Of a stretch of DNA of 64,000 nucleotides, positions 37,031 to 48,488 are shown in pieces (position 1 is the stretch's first letter; every line of letters begins with the position of its first letter). The translations under genes were made by a program, and so were the position numbers. The notes under the pieces were generated by a model. It saw only the letters and a program-made list of their open reading frames with translations, was not told the DNA's origin and made no database searches. The stretch comes from Phoronis australis (taxonomy: Eukaryota; Animalia; Phoronida), in contig NMRA01000094.1 in the NCBI GenBank assembly GCA_002633005.1, positions 646,597-710,596 on the forward strand. The letters are read 5' to 3'.

Positions 37031-39468
37031 CCGTAAACGTTCGGGTTAACGCCCTGGGCGGTTAAATTGGCAAACCCAAAAAATCGGGGGTGGGCGGTTA
37101 ACCAGACATGGGCGCTTAAACGTGAAATTTCAAGAAATCCAGGGTGGGCGGTTAACTGAACATGGGCGCTTATTACGACAGGCAACCGCCCTGGGCGGTT
37201 AATCTTACCTCGTGATCTAAGTCCCCACACCACACACGCTCTCGGAACGCGTAGCACTTTTCAAAGAACGTTATCGTCACGTCGCCACATGACGGGGAAA
37301 ATTTCATAACAGTGGATGATCCCAACAAAGGTTCTCTTGTCCTCGGATTAGTTATTCACTATTAAATTTACAGAATTGCTGAGTAATAGCCCTGTGCCGT
37401 CCTGCGGTCTTGTTACTTTGCCCTGCGCAGCACAGACGACCAGAGACCACGCAGCCTCTACTTGGATTGCAACTATTTCAATATGTGACCTTGCTAAAGT
37501 GCGCGTGTGCAAGCTTCACATGTTGCAGAGATCACAGCAGACATCAAATTTATGGTTACAGTCTCGTACTAGCTGCCAAGTTCATAGTCAGAGAGCAGTT
37601 TTAAAATTAGTTGTAATAAGAGCTTGAAAAACTTAATTCAGATGTTTTTTGTGTTTGGGATATCGACACTCCATGACTCAGTGGCATTTTCAGCGTATGG
37701 TTCTGCGGCTAGCTGTTTTATCTCGACCGCCCGGCATTGCTCACTTGCCGTTGCGCCAAACATGCTCGGCAAGGAAGTAGGTCTAAGACAAGAATCGGGG
37801 TGAGCCACTCGTCAATCAACTATAAAATTTCGAGCCACGGCATAAATATGTCATAAAACACCACAAAACAGCGATGTTTCAATTTATTCTTAAACGATCA
37901 CCTTACCAAACTTCATGATGGAAAAATATTTAATATTTTTCACGCAGGATGTCCAGATTATCCTATTTATATCACTTGCAAAATCGCACTACGGCACTGT
38001 TCGGTCAGGCTGTTAGCGCGCAATGTCTCAGTCGGCTGACAATCGTGACTTGGAAATGGCGTCAAGTAATATAACGGCCTCTTTCGATATGCATCTCGTT
38101 TTTTATGGCCAAAGATAGTGGCGGTATTCAGCAAGCACGTAGGGCCTACGTGTGAGTCACCTGTCAATCACATGTTGGTGTCAAGGTAACATGCACTCCA
38201 AAGTGCGCCCGGCGTCGTTGCGCTCTTTGTGATCATTGATCTTTTTCTAAAAGTCGGGAAATCGCACGTTTCCTTAGCACTGGGCGCTAAATCTTCATTC
38301 TTTAAAAGTCGGGGATGGGCGCTTAACCGAGAGGTGGGCGCTTAACTGGAAATCTTCAAAAATCGCAGGGGGGCGCTTAACCGAGCAGTGGGTGGTTAAA
38401 TCGAAAATCCACCTATAGTAGGGGTTGGGCGGCAGGGCTTCATCTAGGATTTCGAACATAGGGTGTCCAAAATGGGTTCCCAATATTCCAGGGCGTCCAT
38501 GATTCCAACGCCGAATTACCCCCCCCGTCCCCACCCCCCCCCCCCAACACACACAGTGAAGTTTTTTTACAATTAAAAAATGCATTGAACAAGGCTTTTA
38601 CACCTAAGTTTACAAAAACAGCTCCCTTGTATTGGGCTTTTTAAGTACTAAAAAACTGTTGATCAAGACTTTTATGTTTAAATTTACGAAAATAGCCAAA
38701 TAGCTTACCACACGGGTATTACAGATATTACAGATATTGGTTGAACGATGAGTGCACTGTTTTGGTCATCTCAAGTCAAATTCTGTTATAAAGTTTATTA
38801 TATCAACTTCACTAGCTTTATATTCTGTACAATGAGTCATCAAAGCTGTAGTTACCAACAAAAGAAAAATGCACACATGATGTGTGGTTTATATTTTGAC
38901 AACAGGTGTCACTGCTGCTCCATTTTAGACGCACATAGAAAAGCATGAAACAGGCGAAAACTCAAACATTTTAAATGGGGATATTCTTGCGGCACATCAT
39001 ATTATTAAAGTAATGACATTTATTTTGCTTTTGGTATTTTTAAAAAAAGATGAAGTACATGAAATTACAGCTCTGAAACACCAGTTTGGAGTTAAGCAAG
39101 GTCCATGTCCCTATATAAAGTACAGAATGGCAGTGGCATGTGAGTCTATTGAAAGCAGACACTCTGGCAACCAACCACGTGCTAATGATTGACAGGTCTA
39201 CCAAATAGTTTGAAAATAGTTTGAATATTGCAACATTTTATATACTTTGTATATCTCTTTCCCAGTTGAAAGGGCCAACTTCCCGCTTTGATTAACTGGG
39301 AGTCTTAGTAATCTTTCAATGTGGGTGTCCAAACTGGAGAAATTCTGATTGACAGGGCGTCCAAATGATACATTGGGCGTCCTGTCCAAATGGACGCCCA
39401 GGACGTACGCTGCATGAAGGCCTGTTGGGCGGTTAACTGAGCATGGTCGTTTACCCGAACGTTTACAG
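37031..39468 (-). mobile_element. Tc2/pogo-type element, copy 3, inserted in hAT-H
   Basis: TA|CCGTAAACGTTCGGGTTAACGCCC ... CCCGAACGTTTACAG|TA. Confidence 0.85.
38433..39424 (+). mobile_element. hAT MITE family H, inner copy
   Basis: CAGGGCTTCAT...ATGAAGGCCTG; perfect 8-bp TSD TTGGGCGG. Confidence 0.9.
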
Positions 39469-40244
39469 TATAATCATTGCAATGTGTGTGTTCAAACTTG
39501 AAAGGTTCCGATTGACAGTGGGTGTCCAAATGATACATTGGGCATCCTTGCCAGGGCGTCCTTGCCAGGGCATCCAGGTTAGTACTAGGGCATCCATTTT
39601 GACGCCACGACATGCTGCATAAAGGCCTGACCGTACCCCACTTCTGCAGCTACACAGCCCTAAAACAAATTGCCCAACCTCATAATGTAGAGTGAGTTGT
39701 CACAAGTGATACTGGTGATTGGCTAACACTGGAGACATACTGAGAACTCCTTCTAGGAAATAACAGTAGTAAGTCAATTTAATAATAGCTTAATCACTTG
39801 ACCAAATATTTCTTTTGATTTATGTAAATATCATTTGGTGAGTTGGCACTTGTTTGGTTGTAACTATAAGGTCAGAGTCTAGAGTGAAGTCACATCAGTG
39901 GAACCATTGATTACCACATACTTGGTTACTGTGATTACTCCTGATAATATAAATAACATTAGTTTATTGTTCATTGTACAGTGTAGAAGTCCACTACAAA
40001 GCCATTTATCATGAGTCTTTTCTTGGTTTCCAATTACACATTTTCCAGTTTAATACCATGATACTACTACATTGGAACCAGTGTGTGGTTACAGGTGTTT
40101 AGCCTTATCCCAATTTTGTCAGATTATTTTGTTTTGCTAATACATTTAACTCTGCCAAAACTTGAATGATTAGACAACATAACCCAGAATTCCTGGTCGT
40201 GATGGCTGAATGCTAGTGGTATTGTCTGTTGAAGCAGCTAAAGT

Positions 40245-40422
40245 GATGCGTCATGATGGATATGATGGGTGATAATGCGTCGTGATGGGTGATAATGTGT
40301 CATGATGGGTGATAATGGGTCATGATGGGTGATAATGGGTCATGATGGGTAATAATGTGTCATGATGGGTGATAATGCGTCGTGATGGGTGATAATGCAT
40401 CGTGATGGGTGATAATGCGCCG
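40245..40422. repeat. Minisatellite, about 20-bp unit, about 8 copies
   Basis: gataatg(c/g/t)gtc(a/g)tgatgggt. Confidence 0.9.
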
Positions 40423-42617
40423 TTTCCTGTTAGTATCACACTGCTCCAAATTGCAGCACCAATTGCCAAGGGCTGGAAAAGACTCATGGGCTCACCCTAT
40501 CAACCCCAGTGATAAGAATAGTTTATGCCTTTAAAAACGTTTGCTTTACTACCATATTTCTTTGTCTCTCGCTTGGTTGACACTCAGTGGTATCCAGCCT
40601 GGCTGACAGCAGCTCGATAAAGTTTAATTCAGATTCAAACAGTTAATAAAATTTTGATAAGACCCATGTAGAATAGGGTAAGACCATCTAAAGCCATACA
40701 GCCAGTCGGTGGATTGCTTTAGGACTGTTGCCTACCACTTGCTACTAGGTTCTGGCCAGGTGGGTTGTATGGATAGAGTTTTGTTATTCACTATTACATT
40801 TGGTTACGCTAAATATTTATAATGATGACAGTTTTGGTCTTTAATGTTTTGTGCACAGTATATTTAGTGCCCATCACTTCACTGTCCCAGCATGAAGTCT
40901 ACTTTTAACAATTCTGATAGAAATTGCACATCCACCCTTGTTCAACGTAATTTTGATATCAATATCATCAACCAACCATGCTCAACCATTATCACATTGA
41001 CTGTGATTTATTTATTTAATGCTACATTCCATTTTGTTAAGTTGTCACATAACTACTGTACCTGATATGATGCTATTTGTGCAACCAGCAAGAGCATTGG
41101 GCCATTTTCAAATTTTGCTGTTTTAGACTCTGAAAACCCCAGTAAACTCAACATTTCTTGACTCGTGGGTTCATTCGCCACAGTTTCAAGTTTTTAAAAT
41201 GATCAGTTTCTCAAGAGTGTCGTGGCATGAAATTGGAGAAACTGCAGAAATCATGCCATTATATAGCTGATTTTCGAAATAGTTACGCCATATTGAAATT
41301 CCCTATCCCGACAGACGGCGATTAGGTCAGTGCCATCTACATGCTGATCCCCTTTAGTACGAATGGGAGGTTTCAACCTGGTGGTACAAGTAGCACTTTG
41401 ACACCTTTCCTGCTATCATAAAGCCGGGCAAATTTCCAATGCTGTGCGGTATGGTGTACTAATGACTTACGGAAAAATGGATGAAATTTCCATGGATAAA
41501 ATATCTATGGATGAAAGACATCATGTTTGCACAGCTGCAAAGTTAATAGGACTGCTACTGATGAAGCAGAATTTCAATCCCAATCTTGACAAAATCAAAC
41601 ACTGGGATGGGTTGAAAATGAGTGGGATTTATTCCTCTGTCTTAAATTAATAAACAATTATGTAGTAATTGAGTTTTTCTGTCCACCAAATCTTAGTTGG
41701 GATCAAGCGGAAGTCTGCTCACACTCCATTTTGTATTCTGGAGAGCACCATTATGCTATTGTTCACACATCACAGTTCAGTATGGGCTGACAGGATGCAC
41801 TTTGACCTCACTTAGCCAGCAGGGCCACTTGTGTTCTCTATTTGACCCCCTCCCAATTTTTGTTCACGGTGCCTGGCATTAGAGTGTCAGACACAGGTGT
41901 TATCGTTCATAGGTATGTCTGCCACTAACCTAAATTTGAATAATTAATCTGATCTTGAATATCCTTGAATGATGTATGTCAATTGAGACGGCGTTTAATT
42001 GCCGGACATTTTATGTAAAGCTTATAACATGAACTCTTCCATTTTGTTAGTGAAATCTGTCATACCTTACGGGCACATTTGATGGAAAATTACGCATTAG
42101 TTATAGTACTTCCTAGTAAAATTTGATTGATGAATATTTCGATACTAGTAAGATGTCTTGGACATGGCTGATCAAATTCAAATGAAACTTAGACATCGTG
42201 CTTTATGCATTGTTCTCTAAAACACTGTTAAGAATTGTTTGTAAAATGATTCACTTTTGTGATAAGGGCTATCAAAACTAGAGCTTTGATGAGAAAACAA
42301 GAAAACTTCATGAAACGGAAACATAGTGGCATTCTCACCAGATCAAGGCAATTATCCATATACCTAGGTATGTCTGGGTAGGCTCACCTTCTCAGGTAGT
42401 TACACTGGACTGTGTAAACATGCTTGACAATGTCTGTGTACACACTACTGTGTTCTGCAGTTGCTGGAGAAGGTTTTGAAAAGTATGTTCATGTTCAAGT
42501 GATGGCTGAAATATGATAATTGGTACAAACATTTGTGACCAGTACTGCACATCTTCTCATCTTTCTAGCCCATCATAGCTTTTTGAACTATTCCAGTATT
42601 GTGCAACATTGGATATA

Positions 42618-43012
42618 CCGTAAACATTCGGGTTAACGCCCATGTTCACTTAACTGCCCATCCCCTACTTTAGGTGGATTTTCGATTTAACCACCCACTA
42701 CTCGGTTAACCGCCCCTCTGCGATTTTTGAAGATTTCCAGTTAAGCGCCCACCTCTCGGTTAAGCACCCATCTCCGACTTTTGCAGATTGATGATTACGT
42801 GCCCAGTGCTAAGGAAACGCGCAATTACCCATTTTTAGATAAAAATCCATGATAACAAAGAGTGAAATGACAGCGTCGGAGACGGTGGTTTGGCAATGTG
42901 AATTATAATACAAGTAACAAATTATTGTCCCGGGTCATGGATTTACTTCAAAATGCAATACCTTGAATACTTTGTAACTTTATTTTCTTCTCATGCTGGC
43001 AAATTTAAGTTT
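42618..43012 (+). mobile_element. Tc2/pogo-type element, copy 4 (truncated)
   Basis: TA|CCGTAAACATTCGGGTTAACGCCC; colinear with the other copies. Confidence 0.85.
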
Positions 43013-43014
43013 AA

Positions 43015-43100
43015 GGTAAGATCGACTGAATACGAGGTGATGTGGATATAGACTGATTAAGATGCTAAAAAGGACAAATTAAATCGGGTGGCATTCTCCT
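43015..43100 (+). mobile_element. Solitary Kolobok-B right-end fragment
   Basis: GATGTGGATATAGAC...GGTGGCATTCTCCT|TTAA matches about 23222-23312. Confidence 0.8.
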
Positions 43101-44256
43101 TTAAGGCTAATCTTGTGATTGAAGGTGAGAAAAGGAGAAACAGCTGAAGCTCACTGGAGGAATGACTTCTCAAGACTGCTGTGTGAGATGAGTTGAACAT
43201 TTCCAGAAATGCTAAGCTTGCTGAGCTGGACTTGATTCTTCTCTGGTCTTCCCCAAAGAGCTTAGCATTCATGCTTACTATTGAAACCTGAAATTGTTAC
43301 TTAATAAAAGGGTCTCAGGAAGTGGCTGATTTGTTTGCCTGAGGCTACTCTGGAGGCTACCCTGCAGGCCTACAGGAAGTTGATTGGGTTTGTTTGAAAT
43401 ATGGAATGAGTGTTGACATGAAATTAATGACCTGTTAAGTAGATAATATATAACACTATTGCTAATTAAACTAGGTTGAGCCTGTTGTTTTACTTTAACT
43501 GAAACTTATATGCAAAGAAAACAATCGTGACAGTGGTATGTAAACTGATTAGAGTTTATAATGAGAGCTGGTTGTAATTGGGTGCATGGAGAGTGTATGT
43601 TGGTGTTGTGAAACCCACTTACTTGTTACCGCTGAGATGCTACAAACTTTACATCTCTTAAGGAGTATTATCTCTAAGTGTAGTTTTCAAAAATGCGAGA
43701 CTAGACTTTTTAGTAAGTTTCCAATTTTGAAAATTGCTGTGTCCATTTTGGTCACGCCCGTTAGCACAATTAAAGTGGTTGCTATTCCTGATTAGATTGA
43801 TAATCTCAGCTTACACTTAAGTTTTCTAAAAGCACTTTCATGGAACTACATAGGTAATTATTCTTTTCATAAGAGATTAGAAAGTCAAAATGTCACATCC
43901 ATTACCAAATGCTGTGAAATGTACCTTGACTATAATAATGTGTCATTTATGCTATGCTTGATTTTAATATGGTTAATTGTATAAATTACATTTTTCATTT
44001 ATAATGCAAATTGCTAATGGTGTTATTATTGACAAGCTATGGAAATTGCTGCAAGGTTGAGTTAATCCCATTCACTTGGAACCTACTACTTTAAAGAGAA
44101 CTCCTAGATAAAAAGTAAACCAAAATGTACAGTAGCATTTTAAAATTGCAGCAAAACGACTCCCTTCCAAGCTGGACCTTCAGTAAGTAACACCTATGAT
44201 TTAAGTTGCTCACAGGTCTTAGAAACACCAAGTAATTGCTACTGTTTCGTTTCTAG

Positions 44257-44315
44257 ATGATGGACTTACAGTTTGCCAAAACCCAGACTGTGAGTTAGAC
44301 GGACTAGCTGTCAAG
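44257..44315 (+). CDS. PLEKHG5: PLEKHG5-like exon (DDGLTVCQNPDCELDGLAVK)
   Basis: tttctag acceptor, AAG|gtaagt donor; resembles GLRCQNPACMDKGRAAK of the long vertebrate PLEKHG5 isoform (recalled, not aligned). Confidence 0.85.
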
Positions 44316-44904
44316 GTAAGTTTTCATATTTCACCTGACTATATGCACTGACCATTACTGTTGTGTTTCAAACTGTGTGTGTGTTGTATCTATGTATGTT
44401 GCACTATTTTCAGTTGTTTGTTGAAGTAATTAATGTTATTTTACATGTGTCTGTTGGTATTTAACTGATTGCTCCGATGAGAGTACCAGTAGGCCTTGTG
44501 TAGGTATTTTCTCAAAAGTTTTAAAGAAATATAATTCCTAAAATAGCGTTTTTCCATTTTTCAAAGACTGGTTACATTGTTAAAATGCTTAAATGTTTAC
44601 CTAAGGTTTGTATGTGATAACTTTTTACTAGAAAACATTCTAATGAAGAACCCTAGTTTCTCTCAAAGTTCATTTTGCTGGGAAATTTGAACAAAATTAA
44701 AAATTCCACACATCCCCCATCTTGTGTTCATGTTGCTGGTCTACAATGACTATGTTTATGTAATCAGACTGTGGGGATGGAAGATTGCCTGCAACAATAG
44801 CGGATTTGCAGCGACGCCATATTGAAATTAGGTTAAAATGGTGCATTGTGGGTGCTGTGGTCAGGATTCCGAAAGCGGCCATAGTAACAAGCATAATACG
44901 CGGT

Positions 44905-46172
44905 ATGAGCGCGAAGAAAACTTACGGCGGATACACTTGTGTTCCTGGCTGCTTCAAAAACAACAAGACAGATAAAAATCTGAGTTTTTATGTGTTCCCC
45001 GCAAACCAAGAACTTCGTGAAAAATGGATAAACAACATTAGGAGAGCTGGGAGTAAGGGGAGATTTAGCCAATTCAAACCAACGCAGGGCTATCTAGTAG
45101 GCAACACGTAGCCCCTCGGTTGGCCATATAGGGGCTACAATACTCCCATTCGCTTTCTGTACTCATTTCGTTACTTCAGTGTATTTTAAACGGGCCGTGA
45201 CCGGATTTGGGTTACCGATTTCGAGTTTTCACCTCGTCAAAAATACATTCTACACTTAAAACTATCATTTAAAAAAACGCTTACTTTCATCATTGGTCTT
45301 TTCTACTTCTATACATATCTTTGATGAAGCTTAGTTGTGAGAATTAAGTTGACTTTGGCGAAGAATTACAACTCCACTTTTTTGGTTGCCGTTAATTTTA
45401 TCACCGCGTGAGCCGCGATAACCACAAAGCATGTCAACTGAATCACATGAGTTAAGCAAAGGTTAGCGCGAGACTGAGCGAAGCGCGTGACGCTAGCGTG
45501 TGACGCTAGTGCGTGACGCTAGCACGCGACACTTGTAAAATAGCATGAGAAGGTATCGGGTGAAACTTGTAAGATGTGTGTCCCTTGGACTTTTTATTCA
45601 ACATGCGTAATTTCACTAACTTCCTCAAAATGGCACCCGGTAACTGAGAGAAACTCGAGCAAACCGCATCAGATTTTCATCGATTTGTTCAAGTTTTGCT
45701 GACTAAATTGTATCCACAGTCGTGGTATGTGTTAATTATAACTCCGTGTTCCTACATGTATGGTTCATTTAATTTTATTTGCTGTATTATGAAATGAGTA
45801 ACTTTTTGTGAGGATGTACTATCGCCCCTGAATGCCTGCGGCATCCAGTGCGATGTAATTGCCTAGGGGCCATCGTGTGTGCAGCGAACATTTTCCTGGT
45901 GGAAAAAAGACGTATGAGAACAACATTCCGACGGAGTTTCCTCTTAAAATTAACGTCTCTAGCATATACACGGCGAAAGCTACAAAAGTTAAGCAACCCA
46001 AGAACTCTCAACTTGTCTGAAACCGGAGGAGATTTCGAAATCAACGCCGATAGCCCCAATACTGAACATGACGACAGTTGTGCCCTCGGTCACACGGTCA
46101 CTGATCATAGCTACGCTGTGTTTACAAACGAGAGAGAGGACTTGCTTGGTATTATAAAGCAAAAAAATGAAA
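44905..46172 (+). pseudogene. Transposon-type THAP gene relic, interrupted by a 776-bp insertion
   Basis: MSAKKTYGGYTCVPGCFKNNKTDKNLSFYVFP...REKWINNIRR...FKPTQG|HRVCSEHFPGGKKTYENNIPTEFP, then after a frameshift a DHSY motif. Confidence 0.8.
45091..45866. mobile_element. Unclassified element with TAGGCAA inverted ends and a hairpin at each end
   Basis: Splits the THAP reading frame with GGGC duplicated; hairpins at 45108-45138 and 45821-45854. Confidence 0.7.
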
Positions 46173-46496
46173 CATGGTTTTTAGTTTGCAAATCACTCCA
46201 AATGCACACACTATCCAGCCTGCTCAAGACATTCCTGACCACAAGCTATCCCAAGAGCCTTCGCGCAGGAAGTAACTCGCACATGCGCAATGCGTAGTTC
46301 GTTTGCGCTGCAAATCCGCTATTCAGTGTTCTCCATCAGCCTCGTTCCCAAGCCTCAGGATGGCGTTGATCAGTTAAGCCACTTGAGGCTTGGTGAGGCG
46401 GTATCCCATCTGCGCGCTGATTGGCTGTAGACGACGTTCACCTCTGACATGAGGGACACAAAAAACTTTCAAACACTTGAATCTCTGAATACTTAA

Positions 46497-47869
46497 GGTT
46501 ATCTCAAACCTTATTCACAAAAATGGCCATTTTTACGATATTGCACATGTCTATAAAAATACCTGATCTTCATTCTTGGGGAACTTCAAATACAAAATAT
46601 ATACTGCATAGTGAGAAAAAATGATTTAACAGAACCACCTTGGAACCGCACGACCGCGTGGATATTTGTTTACTACTTATCAGAGGTCAAAGGTTAAATG
46701 GCTTTCAATCAAATCCAATCTCCCGCCAGGCACAGAACAGCTTCGTATACCCTCAGTCCTTTCATTCACAAAATCACCATAACATTGAGTCACCGAGTAC
46801 TTATGGTAGAATGGTGCCGGGAAAACAAAGACAAAACGTAGTTTTGATCCTAAGGGAGTTGTGTGTCTGCACGCATACGACCGTTGGCGTTGAGAACGAA
46901 TGCTACGGTCGCCTCAGGCCTCTGTGGTCATGAACAGAGCAAGTTGCGAAAAGAGATAAATCCTCACCCTAATTCCTTAATTCAATTAATAAGTTGACAT
47001 TTCAATGTTTCGATCTCATGCTTACGACATGCTTTAACCACCGATTCGATTTTTATTATCCATTTCTTACTTGGTTTTGTATCAGTCTCCCTGCACGTGA
47101 CTTGTACAGGCTATGTGAACTATGACCTATTTATATAAAAGGAGGTCGCAAATGACAGTAAGAGTTAGGTGTGTACGGTACGTTTTTATTGATAATTAAG
47201 TTAATTACACACTGCAAAATCAGTTGACATTGCGAGTGAACGTTGAAATAGCGAACATATTTAAGGCTTGTATAGGTTATGTGTACCGAAAACAAGTTTT
47301 CACCGAATAACTAACCGAAGACTTTGAGATTTTCACTTGTCTGAGTTTAATCAGCTTTTTCTTGGCTTCAGCAAATCGACTTAATTTGAACTTAGGAACA
47401 CGAGTTTTCGAAAACGGCTCGGTGGATTTTGCTGAAATTTTTTCTATATTTAATATTTAGTCATCAGTCTCAAAAACGCTGTTAGGATTTTCGATACAAA
47501 GGCCTATTTTTTGCCTAATGTAACAAAGACGAATACGACTTCCGTTTTTTACAAAGACACCTTACCTTTTGCGAGTTGATTCGTCATAGAAACCAAACGA
47601 AGAGACTAATCGAAAATTCCAAATAGCGTTTTTGAGGTAATTAGTGAAGTTTTCATTAAAAAAAGTTTCATTAAAATCGACTGAGGGATTATTTTGCTAT
47701 GAATGAATGAATGTATTTTGACTTAAAAAAGGTTTTTATGTAAAAATAATAATGGTACATTAATACAAAAAGTATTTTTATATTCCCTAATCTTTTTTCT
47801 TTCGGAAAATATTAGTTTTTTGATATACACGTTAGAATAGAGGCCACTAAAATAAGGTTGGAGATAACT
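46497..47869. mobile_element. Non-autonomous Kolobok-type element C
   Basis: TTAA|GGTTATCTCAAACCTTATT ... AATAAGGTTGGAGATAACT|TTAA. Confidence 0.8.
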
Positions 47870-48488
47870 TTAAATACCAGGTTTTTAAGATTCTTGTCCT
47901 TACTTCTTTGATGTGAAAAAATTGATTATTTTTATCCAGAAACTAAACAAGATCCAAATGCAGATTTTAACTATTTTCGCAGGGTTGTTGTTGCTATCAA
48001 TCATGAATCAGAAGCAGAAGACACTGTTTTCATTATTGTTTGAGATAAGAGGTGTTTGGCTGCTCTTGTACTTATTGTCAATTCTGTTTGAAAGCACCTG
48101 CTTTTTAATTCAAATACATCAATTGTTCAATGATCAAAACCTAAGTTGCTGCATCAATGCCCTTCATTTGATTTTGTGTATTATACTACAGCAAATTTCA
48201 GAGTTGATATAACTCGTGACATTCCGGCAATTTTCGTAAAAACAAGGCAGAATTCTGCGCTATCTTGAGGTTTTGGGGGCTGTTACTGTGACCTGTTTGC
48301 CAGCACTTGCCACATGTTTGAATAGCCTGCGACGCATTTGAAAAAAAAAGCAACCAGTTTGGAGAATGTAATGCCCATGTTAACAATACCTTCATTGTGG
48401 TATATGTTGTATCAGATGTGCGCAGGACACTCATCTGGACCCATTTCATTGGTCAATTGGAACCATTTTTGTGCTTGATTGATATATA

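Larger units (their letters stand above)
36147..39629 (+). mobile_element. hAT MITE family H, outer copy, split by nested insertions
   Basis: TAGGGCTTTATCCAG ... GCATAAAGGCCTG; degenerate TSD ACCCTACT/ACCGTACC; the two halves rejoin to match 27729-28207. Confidence 0.85.
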
